Positions 10,801 through 22,100 of a stretch of 64,000 nt of DNA are shown here, piece by piece. The stretch comes from an uncultured virus (IMG/VR IMGVR_UViG_3300029305_001816) (lineage: Duplodnaviria; Heunggongvirae; Uroviricota; Caudoviricetes). The stretch covers positions 1 to 64,000 of IMG/VR virus record IMGVR_UViG_3300029305_001816. One strand, written 5' to 3'. How positions within the stretch are numbered: the first letter of the stretch is position 1; every line of letters starts with the position of its first letter. The position numbers were made by a program, and so were the translations under genes. The notes under the pieces were generated by a model. It made no database searches, was not told where the DNA came from, and worked only from the letters and a program-made list of their open reading frames with translations.

Positions 10801-11270
10801 AGGTCAAACTAATTGACTCTGCTATGACGGAACTTAAAAAAGTTACTAATGAGTCTGATGCGGCTTATAACCAGTTCTTAAGCAATGCTGCATCAAGGTC
10901 TAAAGAGATTGGTACTACTATTGACGGTCTTGTAAATTCTACTGCTGATTTTGCAAGGCTTGGCTATGATTTTGTTGATTCTCAAGGACTTGCTGAAGTA
11001 GCAAATATTTATGCAGTTGTTGGCGATGAAGTTGAGGGCGTTGAAGGCGCTACAGAGAGCTTAATTTCTACAATGGCTGCATTTAAGGGCGAAATGGATG
11101 GCATGAGCAACAGCGATTTCGCCATGAATATAATTGACAAATTTAATGAGATAGGTAACAACTTTGCTATCTCATCGGGCGGCATTGGTGAAGCATTAGA
11201 GAGAAGTGCTTCTTCTATGTATGCTGCAAATAATACTTTGGATGAAAGTATTGCCTTAATCACGGCAGCT
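7848..11270 (+). CDS. Tape measure protein, exon 1 (1141 aa)
   Basis: Coiled-coil protein ending in the TP901-type TMP core (IDSAMTELKKVT...ADFARLGY...DESIALITAA), broken by the intron. Confidence 0.9.
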
Positions 11271-11706
11271 ATGTAAAATTGGCTGTTCATATAGCAATAT
11301 ATGATTTGAATACATTTAATTGCTGGGAACTTCTTAGAGCTTTACACCACAATAACGGAGAAATCACGTTATGAAGGTTTGACAACGTAAAGATTGGATA
11401 ATCAGCAGCGAAGTACCCTAACGTATTCCGTAGACCATACGGTGTTTAGTCGAGGGTAAACGTTCAACGACCATTCCCAAGTCGGGGTTTAGAAATACCA
11501 ACAATGTTGGTTATAAAATAAAGGTGGAAATCCTGAATATCTAAACCATTAGAAGTAGGGCGCAATTGCAAAGGTGCAGGTGAGAATCCTTTAAATCGAA
11601 ATAGTGTACTCCTTATTTTTCGAGGATGAAGATATGGTCTTTTCAATATAGAAATATGTTGGTGTGTTTTATGATAAAAATATATTTGTAAATAGTCAGA
11701 AAATTC

Positions 11707-11735
11707 TTGACTTATAACAAATAATGTTATATAAT
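11707..11735 (+). promoter_or_regulatory. SigmaA-type promoter inside the intron, overlapped by a TATAAC-N7-GTTATA element (11713-11731)
   Basis: TTGACT-17 nt-TATAAT; spacer and -10 overlap tataac-aaataat-gttata. Confidence 0.8.
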
Positions 11736-11769
11736 ATAAATAAAATTATATAACTTGTAGGTGAAAACA

Positions 11770-11937
11770 ATGAAAAGATACGATAAAGAATATTCTACGC
11801 AACATACGCCAGAAAAAGAGTATTTGTTGCAAAATGGAATTAAGCCATCATTTGTAAAAATTATTGATGGTATTACAACTTATAAATATACAAAGACGGC
11901 GACATTATTTAAATTGTTGTCTGTTTTTTATGATTGA
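11770..11937 (+). CDS. 55-aa intron-encoded small protein (not in ORF track)
   Basis: MKRYDKEYSTQHTPEKEYLLQNGIKPSFVKIIDGITTYKYTKTATLFKLLSVFYD*, RBS AGGTG, downstream of the internal promoter. Confidence 0.7.
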   Translation: MKRYDKEYSTQHTPEKEYLLQNGIKPSFVKIIDGITTYKYTKTATLFKLLSVFYD

Positions 11938-11965
11938 AATAAAATGATAATATACGGGTGATAAT

Positions 11966-13120
11966 ATGGCTAAGAAAATTCATATATGTGTAAATTGTGG
12001 AGAAAAATTTGAAAGTTATGCAGATAATACAAAATTTTGCAGTAGAAAATGTTATGAAGAAAATAGACAATCAAATAGAAAAACGAAAAGGGTTGTTTGT
12101 CCTATTTGCAATGAAGAATTTCTTCAGATTCGTCCAGAACAAATATTTTGTAGTAATAAATGCAAGGTCAAATCAAGAGAAGATAAAATAAAGTGTGTTT
12201 GTGAGCATTGCGGTGTTTCATTTGAAAGAAAACGAAGTGAAGTTGATAAAAATCAAAGACATTATTGCTCTAACGAATGTAAGATAAATGGGATGTTTTG
12301 GAGCGAAGAAGATACGAATATTTTAATTTCTAATTACAAGAAATTGTCTTATAGAGAAATGAGTGAAAATGATATTTTTTCTGTTCATAAAACGATTGAT
12401 GAAATTAAAAGAAGAGCTATTTATATTGGCATTACTTCTTCAAGAGATTGGTCTGATGAAGAGATTGACGTATTAAAGAATAATTATTCGAAAGTTTCTA
12501 TGAATGAAATATTAAATATGCTGCCAAACAGAACAAGACCGTCTATATTGGGCAAGGCCCGCAGTTATGAGCTAAAGAGCAAATTTTATCTTACTCATAT
12601 GTATTCAAATGAAGAAAATGAATACATAAAAAATAATTATTTGCTTAAATCGAACGAAGAGATGGGAAAAGAATTAAATAGAAGTGTTCAAGGTATTGCC
12701 GAACATTTGTTAGTTCTTGATTTGCATAGACCAACTGAAATAGATAATTATAAAACACTGAAAAAGTATGTTAGATGTAGATTGACTACTTGGAGAGATA
12801 ATATAAGAGAATTAAATAATTATACTTGTCAGTTGACTGGCATAAGAACGAATATTGTAGTTCATCATATTCGTAGTTTTAATTTACTTTTTCTTGAAAC
12901 AATTAAGGCATTAAACTTCCCAATTTACGATGATATATCTAATTATAATCAAGAACAATTGGATGAATTTCTAAATATGTTTTTAGAGATTCAGGAAAAC
13001 TATAATAGTTATATTTGCATTAATGAAGATATACATAAAAGGTTTCATAAGGAATATGGCTATGGAGATAACACAGAAGAACAATGGGATGAATTTATAA
13101 ATAAATATTATAAGAAATAA
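11966..13120 (+). CDS. Intron-encoded HNH homing endonuclease with CxxC..F/YCS..C zinc repeats and Myb-like repeats
   Basis: Three CxxC-x-F-x-[FY]CSxxC units, three W/YS(E/D/N)EE/D helical repeats, C-terminal YTCQLTG..VHHI..CINEDIHKRFHKEYG. Confidence 0.85.
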   Translation: MAKKIHICVNCGEKFESYADNTKFCSRKCYEENRQSNRKTKRVVCPICNEEFLQIRPEQIFCSNKCKVKSREDKIKCVCEHCGVSFERKRSEVDKNQRHYCSNECKINGMFWSEEDTNILISNYKKLSYREMSENDIFSVHKTIDEIKRRAIYIGITSSRDWSDEEIDVLKNNYSKVSMNEILNMLPNRTRPSILGKARSYELKSKFYLTHMYSNEENEYIKNNYLLKSNEEMGKELNRSVQGIAEHLLVLDLHRPTEIDNYKTLKKYVRCRLTTWRDNIRELNNYTCQLTGIRTNIVVHHIRSFNLLFLETIKALNFPIYDDISNYNQEQLDEFLNMFLEIQENYNSYICINEDIHKRFHKEYGYGDNTEEQWDEFINKYYKK

Positions 13121-13127
13121 AGTTATA
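13109..13127 (+). promoter_or_regulatory. TATAAC-N7-GTTATA element (1 mismatch) at the 3' end of the intron cargo
   Basis: tataag-aaataaa-gttata overlapping the HNH stop codon. Confidence 0.6.
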
Positions 13128-13169
13128 ATACACACAACAAGAAGTTGCGATTCTTGTTAAAAACAAAAG

Positions 13170-16100
13170 AATACGGTTGTGCAAGACCCCGATACTGTAG
13201 GTACTGCCTTCAAGACCATAAGCATGAGAATTCGTGGTGCAAAAACTGAACTCGAAGAAGCAGGTCTTGAAACAGATGGTATGGTAGATTCCACTGCCAA
13301 ATTACGTGAAGAAATCCTCGCTCTTTCTGGCGTGGACATCATGGAAAATGATAATCAATTTAAATCAACATATGATATTTTAGATGAACTTGCTGCTAAG
13401 TGGGAACATCTTAGCGACATCCAACAGGCCACTGTTACAGAACTTATAGCAGGAAAGCGTCAAGGCAACATTATTTCCAGCTTAATGACTAACTTTGATA
13501 CCGCTCGTGAAGCACTCGAAGTTTCAATGAACTCTGAAGGCTCAGCCATGGAAGAACATGCTAAGTGGAGCGAGTCTTTAGAGGCCAAACTTTTAAAACT
13601 TAAATCTACATGGCAGTCTTTATCTCAGTCCTTTATGAGTTCTGGATTCTTAAAGGGCGGTGTTAGTGCTCTTACTGGCTTTGTAGATGTAATAGATACT
13701 TTAATAAGTAAATTAGGTGTAATACCTACTCTTTTGACAGGCTTATCCGCATTTCAATCGTTTAAAGGCAATGGTTTCTTTAAAGTAATTGAAGATGAGG
13801 CTGCTGCAAGCGGCAAAAGAATAGGGACAATATTCAGCACATCTCTTTCTAGCGTAACTAAGCAGTTTAACAATATGGGCATTGGAACTAATGCAGAGTT
13901 TAGGAATTTATTAGATTCAGACATCAATATTTTAAATAATTGGATGGATGAATTAAGCAAAGGCCCTCCTGTTGCCGATGCCTTTGATAATATATTTAAA
14001 AATGCCAGTAATAGCGCTAAAGAGTTTGCACAAAGCGGCAAACTTGCCTCAGAGGGCGTTGAAGGATTTGTTAAACAGCAGAAGACTGCTCAAGTCGCTA
14101 TAGTAGCGCAGAATAATAATCTTTCTTCTGCAAAAGCCATTATGAAAGAATATAACAGTGGTTGTAAAAATACCGCAATGTCTCAAGAGGATTTTATATC
14201 TGCTGTTAGTTCTGGTAATACTGGTCTTTCCAAATATCTATCTGGATTAAATGGCGCAAAAGCATCAACTAGTGGATATATTGCATCACTAGTTGGTGCT
14301 AAAATTGCTACGATTGCTTTGGAAGCCGCTACAATGGCATTAAATGCTGCTCTTACGATGGGCATTTCTCTTGCAATTTCTGCCGCAATTAAAGCATTCG
14401 ACGAATGGTATGTCTCTGCCAGTGAATTGGCAGAAAAAGTAGACGAGGTTACAACTAAATACCAAGAGCAACATGGCGAGTTAACAAAGCTCAAAGGCGA
14501 TTATGACACTACAAATGAAGATTCCATGATTTCCAAATATGGGGAACTTTCTAAGGGTGTTGATGCTTTTGGTAAAAACATTTCCTTAACTGCTGATGAG
14601 TATGCTGAATATCAGAGTATTGTTGAAACAATAGCTGGTCAAATTCCATCTCTTGTTTCTGGATATGATTCTCAAGGCAATGCTATTCTTAGCTGTGCTG
14701 GTAATGTACAACAACTTACTGCTGAATATGAAAAATTAATTAAAGCTCAAAATGATGAAATCTTAATAGGCTCATCTGGTGATATTAATAAGGATTTTCA
14801 AAATGCAGTAAAAGATGCCGAACATGATACTGCTGGTTTCTTTGGTTGGAATTGGACTAAGGAACTTGGTTTGGGCGATTCTAAATTATCAACTCAGTCG
14901 GCGGAAATTTATGAAAATATTTTAAATAGTGCAGATGCAGTCAAAGAGTTTAATAAAGCAATCAATACTGAGGGAAATGATTTAGAATCATTCTTAGATA
15001 ATTCAGATGTGGATGCCATGTCTGAATTATTAGAATCTGCCGGTTTTAAAAAAGAAGGAAGTTTTTGGAGCGGAAAAGAATCAAATGCGGAGCACATTAG
15101 AAGAGCGCTTGAGGAAGATGCGTCTAAGGTAAAAAATATTATAGACCAGTATTATGCAGGTTTGGAAGAAGAAGTAGAAGGTAAAAAATCTCAAGCCCAA
15201 GCTGCTTTAAGTAATGCTTTTGACCTTAGTGATTCTCAATATTATGGAATGAGCGATACTTTGAAGAATATTGCTCAACAAACTGCCAGTGGATTTGATT
15301 TTGAATTCTTTGCAGACCTTGAAGAACAAGGGATTAGCGTTGAAAAATATGTAAACAATATGCTTGACCAACTTCAAGCTCTTAGTGACAATCAAGAAAC
15401 TAAACTTGAGGCCGCTTTTAATCTTAGAACGCAATTTAACGATGATGAAATTTCTTACGGTGAATATGTTAGTGGCCTTGAAGATGCCGCTAGTATGGTT
15501 GATAAATTAAATTTACAACCAGAAGTTAAAAGTCAAATTAAATTAAGTCTTGGTTTAAATGAGGAAGGTTTAGTTGAAGAATATGAAAATCTCGCATCTC
15601 GTCTATCTGAAACAGAAACTGCTACTGGTAATGTTATAGGTTTTAGTAGTAAAGAAGTTGCAAAAGATTTTCTTGATGGGTTATCTTCTGATGAAGCTTC
15701 TGTTACATGGGATATCGTTACTGACCCGAACTTTGTCATACCAGAAGGTGCTACTGACGAAGTAAAGCAAGAGATACTTCAGCAAGCTATCGACCTTGAA
15801 ATGATGCTTCAGGGTTTAAACTTTGACTTAAATCTTGAAGTTGAGGCCGCTGGTATCGAAGCCCTTAATACTGCTTTGTCAGAATCTGTAACAGCTACTG
15901 GTTTGTCTTCTGAATCTATTTCTGCACTGAGGTCTCGGTATGCTGGACTTGAGAATCAAGGTTTTGACCTCTCTTCTATGTTTGAAGAAACTTCTCATGG
16001 CATACGCATTAACAGACAAGAGTTTAAGAGATTTGAAAATGAACTTGCTTCTCAAAAAATAGCCGAAGTTGATGGCGAATTAGAGAGAATGAAAAAGACC

Positions 16101-19100
16101 TATGACGAGCTTGGTGAAGCTATGGACGGTGCAAGTCCTGAAAGAAAAGCCGAACTATTTAGTCAGAGGAATTTACTTGCTCAAAGAATTGCCGAAGCTG
16201 GTGAATTAGCTGCTCAGTATGACGGTCTAACATCTTCTTATAATCAATGGTTAACCGCTGAATCTGCTGGCAATGAACGAGATATGTATGAGAATGTCAT
16301 TAGTGGTTTTGAGACCGTTAAAGACGAACTGTCTCGTGGTTGGGCTGATGATAGTACTATTGAGTTTCTTGAATTAGTTACTGGACGTACAGATTTAGCT
16401 AGTAAGTCTGGCAAGGAACTAAAGGAAGTCTATGATGGTTTAGATAAGACTATTAAAAATACTAAATACAGTGTTAAAGATTTCTTTACTGTTGATGATG
16501 AGGGCAATTCTACTAGTAAAGGCGTTTATAATTTCTTAGATGCTGTTGGTCAATTAGAAGAAGAGGCTTTTGGTGGATTAGATGTTGTCAAGAGAGATAA
16601 GGGTGGCAATGTCATAGGTTTCGACTTCGAAATTGCTGGCGGAGATGAAGCTATTGCAGAAGCTCTTGGTATTAGTGAAGAACTTGTTCAGATTATGGTT
16701 CGTGCTGCTGACGATGCTGGTTTTGTCGTTAATATGGAGGGTACTTATACTCAATATGCAGACATGGCATCTGAAGCAGAAAATGCATCTAATAAATTAA
16801 AAGAGTTAAGTCAAGTAAATGATGATTTAGGTAAAAGGTTAAAGGCAACTGGTAGCGACTTTGAATTTGATTTTAATTCTACCAATGTAAAAACAGTTAA
16901 GAGCGAACTTGAAGAAGCTAATAAAATATTAGATACTTTCAAGAATAAAGACGGCACTATTAATATGGAAGCCGATGGCGCTGTTGAAGCTATGCAGATA
17001 GTTTCCACTCTTCAGGCAAGGCTTGATAGTTTAGAAAGCGAAAAGTATGGTATTGGTCTTACGGTTGAAGACAAAGAATTTGAAGAGCCGTTGGAGCAAC
17101 TTCAAAACTATGGACATACCGTAGCCGAATTGAATCAGCTTGAAATCAATCCGAAAGCTAATGCAGAAGAAATAAAAGTATTAGAAGGCGAACTTGATAA
17201 TATAGCAGAATATTTTGCCAATCTCGACAAAGATACAAAGATTAAACTTGGTTTCGAGGCAAGTGATGACGTTGAAGATGTTAAGAAAAAGATTGAATCT
17301 GGTGAAGTAAAGATTCCTACTACTCTTGATATCCAGACGAATATGGATAAAAATCTTTCAGATTTGAGAGATTTGGCTCTGCTTAATTCTGGTCTTCTAT
17401 CTCCTGAGCAAGAAGAAACTATTAAGATTAGATTAGGTATCGAAGTTGAAAGCGATGTTAAAACAGAAGGTGTTAAAGAAGACATTAATAATGCTGTTGA
17501 CAATGCCGTTGGCAACAATAGTAGTACTAAAACAGAAATCAAGACAAATGTAAATGTTAAGGCTGGCGAAGTTGATGCTTCTGATGTCGATGATAATGTC
17601 GAGAAAACTCTTAATGGTCGTGGTAGAAGTGGAGTTGCAAAGGGCGCAAATGGTCGTAGACAATATTCAATCGGCACTGTAGAACCAAAAGCTGATAACG
17701 TTGACACTTCTAATTTAGAAAAAGAAACAAAAGAAAAAACCGAAGAAGCTGTTGGTGATGGTGAAACAATCAAGGCCAAAACCAACGTTGAGATAAATGC
17801 CGAAACTACTCTTTCTGAACTTACCGACATCTTAGAAGATGTTGAGAAGATTGAAGATAAAAGTGCAACTATAGATGTTGAGGCTAATCTTGATGGTAAT
17901 ATTGGCAGTGCAGAAGATATCAAGAATCTAATCGAGTTTGCTGAAGGTGCTAAGGCATTGGAAGGTGTGGAATCTTCTGATATTTCTGTTGATGTAGATT
18001 TTGACAGCAATCTTGGCGAAGCTGTAGGACTTGACCAATTAGCTAAATTTGCAGAGGGCGCTAAGGCGCTTGACGGTGTTGAAGATGCAGATGTTTCTGT
18101 CAAAGTGGAACTGGAATGTGAGTTTAACAATGGAAACTTTGATTCTTTAGCTAAATTTGCAGATAGCGCAACAAAACTTCAAGGCGTTGAATCTTCTGAT
18201 GTTTCTGTTGAAGTTGAACTAGATGGAAACCTTAGTGAATGGAAAGGCAATCTTGAAGATTTAGGTAAATTTGCTGATAATGCTTCTAAGTTAAAGGGTG
18301 TTGAAGACGCAAATGTTTCCGTTAGGGCAACTTTAGTAACAGAATTTAATGAATCGAATTTAGATGATTTAGCTAAATTTGTTGATAATGCGGCTAAATT
18401 ACAAGGTGTCAAGGATTCCGATGTTTCTATCAATACCAATCTTGAGGGAAACTTGGGCGAAAATGCTAATATAGGAAATCTTGAGAAGTTTGTTAATGCG
18501 GCAACTAATCTACAAGGTGTTAAAGGAAAAGAAGTTAAACTTACAACTAATCTTTTTGGTAATTTAGTCGGAAATCCCAACCTTTATAACCTAGAAGCGT
18601 TCGCAGAAGGAGCTAATGCTTTACAAGATGCCAAGAGCAAAGAAGTAGAAATTAAGGCTAATCTTTATGGTAATCTAGTTGGTAATCCTAATTTGTATAG
18701 TCTTGACGCATTTGCTGAGGGTGCTAACGCACTGCAAGATGCAGAAAGTAAAGATGTTAAATTAACAACCAATCTTTTTGGCAATCTGATTGGCAATGGC
18801 AATCTTTATAGTTTGGAGTCGTTCGCAGAAGGAGCTAACGAACTTCAAGGCGTTGAAAGTAAAGATATAAAAATCAATGCTAACCTTTACGGAAATCTAA
18901 TTGGAAACAATAATCTTTATAGTTTGGAAGCATTTGCAGATGGCGCAAATGAATTGCAAGATGTAGAGAGTAAAGATATCAAGATTACAACTAATTTATA
19001 TGGTAATTTAGTTGGAAACCCCAATCTTTACAGTCTTGAAACTTTCGCTGATAGTGCAGATGAATTGCAAGATGTTGAATCTAAAGACATTAGTATTACT

Positions 19101-22100
19101 ACTAATCTTTATGGAAACTTGGTTGGTAATCCTAATTTATATAATCTTGAAGCGTTTGCTGACGGGGCTAGTGAGTTACAAGGCGTAGAATCTAAAAATG
19201 TTAGAATTGATGCTAATCTTTACGGAAATTTGATTGGTAATGGTAACTTATACAGCTTAGAAGCTTTTGCAAATGGAGCCGAAGATTTACAAAATGTAAA
19301 TAGCAAAAATGTTAGAATTGATGCGAATTTATATGGCAATCTAATTGGTAATGGAAATCTTAGTAATTTAGCAACCTTTGCCGCAAGAGCAAAAGAACTA
19401 CAAGGTATAGGAGACGTTAAAGTTAGTGTCACTGCAAATGTTGATTCTGGCGCAATAAACAATGCAATCAATGTATTAAGCAATGTTGCCAATAGTGGAT
19501 TGTTTAAAGATTATAATGCAACTGTTACAGCAATTGTTAATTATAATAAGGGTACTCAAACTCCACCAGATGATAAGACTGCAAAAGTAAATTATGAACT
19601 TGGTTCTCAGGATGCTCCTAAAAATAAAACTGCAAAAGTTAATTATGCTTTAGGTAGTCAAGCTGCACCAGAAAGCAAAACTGTTTATGTTAATTATGTT
19701 GGCATTGGCCCTGCTGCTGGTACAGCGCATACTGAAGGTTCTGCATTTGCAGATGGTACTGCTAGTTCTTCTGGTCGTGCTTTTGCTCGTGGTGACTGGG
19801 GTATTAAGGGCAATGGCGTTGCTCTGGGCGGCGAGTTAGGGAGAGAGCTAGTCGTTAGAGACGGAAAGTTCTTTACTATAGGCGATAAAGGCGCAGAGTT
19901 TTTCCGTTATAAAAAGAATGATATAGTGTTTAACGCAGCGCAAACAGAATCGCTCTTTAAATATGGCGGTATTAAAGGTGCTAATCCAAGAGGTAAGATG
20001 CTTGCTTCTGGTACTGCTTTTGCTTCTGGTTCTGCATTTTCTAGTGGTTCTGGCGGTGGATTCTGGTCGAATTCTTCTTCTGGCAAAAATTCTTCTACCG
20101 GAAAATCTTACAACTCCTCCTCTTCTTCTGGCGACGCAGACAAATTCGAAGAAACAATTGATTGGATTGAAATGGCTATTGACCGTATTGAACGTTCAAT
20201 AGACCAGCTTGATACAAAGGCAAATAGTGTTTATCGTTCTTGGTCTGAGAGAAATAAAAGCCTTACAGCTGAACTTTCTAGTATAGGCACGGAAATTGAG
20301 TTGCAGGAGCGAGCATATGATAGATATATGTCTGCTGCATATGGTACTGGTCTTAGCTATTATTGGCAAGCAAAAGTACAAAATGGTCAAATTGATATTT
20401 CAACTATTACAGATGAAGCTCTAGCCAAACAGATAGAGGATTATCGTACATATTATGAAGCAGCTCTTGATTGCAAGGATGCAATTCTTGAATTGCAAGA
20501 GACCGAATCTGAACTCTATGCACAACAATTCGAAAATATTCAAGCAAGGTATGACGGTATTATTCAAGGATATGAACATACTGAAAAAATGCTGAATGAG
20601 TATATTTCTCAGGCTGAAGAACAGGGTTACATAATAAGTAAAAAGTATTATGAGGCTTTAATTTCTAACGAAAAATCCAACATTACCGAATTAAGGAAAG
20701 AACAAGCTAATTTGATTGCCGCTCGTGATGAAGCTGTTGAAATCGGTGTTATTACTAAAGGTTCAGAAGCTTGGATGGAGCAATGCGCAGCAATTGATGA
20801 AGTTACACAAGCAATCGAAGAATCACAAACTGCTTTATTAGAATTTGATAATGCTATGCGTGAAATTGATTGGGGTATTTTCGACCTAATTCAAGAACGT
20901 ATTTCTGGTGTTACTGAAGAAGCGGATTTCTTGATTGAACTAATGAGTAATAAGAAGCTCTTTGACGACAATGGCAAGTTAACAAGTCAAGGTTTCGCCA
21001 CTATGGGATTACATGCGCAGAATTATAATTCTTATATGTACCAAAGTGACGAATATGCCGCTGAGGTTGAAAAACTTGACGGTCAAATAGCAAGCGACCC
21101 ATATGACCAAGAGTTAATCAACCGCAGAAACGAACTGCTTGAATTACAGCGTGAGTCTATCCTTGCCGCAGAAGACGAAAAGAATGCCATTACCGATTTA
21201 ATATCTGATGGTATTGAAGCAGAATTAGACGCATTGCAAGAACTCATTGATAAAAAGAATGAGCAGTTAGAAAGTGAAAGAGATTTGTATGAGTACTCTA
21301 AAAAGGTAAAAGAGCAGACTTCTGAGATTGCCTCTCTTGAGAAACAGCTTAGCGCATATTCTGGCGACGATAGCGAAGAGGCTAAGCAGAAAATACAACA
21401 AATTAAAGTTGATTTAGAAACTGCTCGTGATAATTTAGAGGAAACTGAATACGAAAAACTTATTGGCGATTCTGAAATTTTATTAAACTCGCTTTATGAT
21501 GAGTACGAACTTATACTCAACCAACGTCTTGATAATGTAGACGCACTTCTTGAACAAGTAATCGAAAGTATAAATATTGCTACAAGTGCAGATGGCAACA
21601 TAGCAGCCGCTCTTGGTACTGAGGGTGCGATAGCAATTGCTGTAAGCAATAACGCTACTTCTATTAAGAGTACATTGGAATCCGAGACAAATAAAGTGGG
21701 AATTGCTCTGTCAAATGCAATGAACAATATTTGGAACACAGGAGAAGGCAACGCTAAATCCGTGTTAACAATGTATGGCGAAGATTTTAAATCAAAATCT
21801 ACAACCATAATTACAACATTAAATGGTATAAAGTCTAGTGTTAATAGTATGGTTTCTTCTTTGAATAAGGAAGCAGCGAAAAAAGTTTCGGCAAATAAAA
21901 CTACTACTTCTGCCAAGAAGAATCCTACTACAACTTCTTCTAGCAAAACTACTAGCACAACTAAAAAGCCTACCGGAGATGGTGTGCCTAAGATTGGCGA
22001 TAAGGTTACGTATGTAAGCGGTCAATATTATTATGATTCTGAGGGCAAGAAACCTCTTGGTTCTCAAAAAAGAGGCGAACAAGTTTATATTACTAATATT

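Larger units (their letters stand above)
11271..13169 (+). ncRNA. Group I self-splicing intron (1899 nt) in the tape measure gene
   Basis: 5' exon ends in U (gcagcT 11270), pairing with IGS ggctgt 11281-86 (U-G pair). P aattgctgggaac 11318-30, Q aatcagcagcgaag 11400-13, R gttcaacgacca 11462-73, S gaagatatggtct 11628-40, P7 gaccat/atggtc, P9 with GAAA loop, terminal G at 13169. Splicing restores ITAA-NTVVQDPD in frame. Confidence 0.93.

Noticed and set aside
11274..11276. Stop-codon readthrough, alternative genetic code or pseudogene as explanation of the TMP break
   Set aside because: The group I intron explains the break exactly, and all other genes read well in the standard code
11464..11646. 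60-aa minus-strand ORF
   Set aside because: Lies over the intron catalytic core; no coding support
17135..18580. Long minus-strand ORFs (331 and 133 aa) in TMP
   Set aside because: Shadows of the repetitive sense-strand coding sequence
18549..19436. 111-bp periodic repeat as a CRISPR array
   Set aside because: In-frame protein repeat varying at third codon positions; no constant repeat plus unique spacer structure and no cas genes
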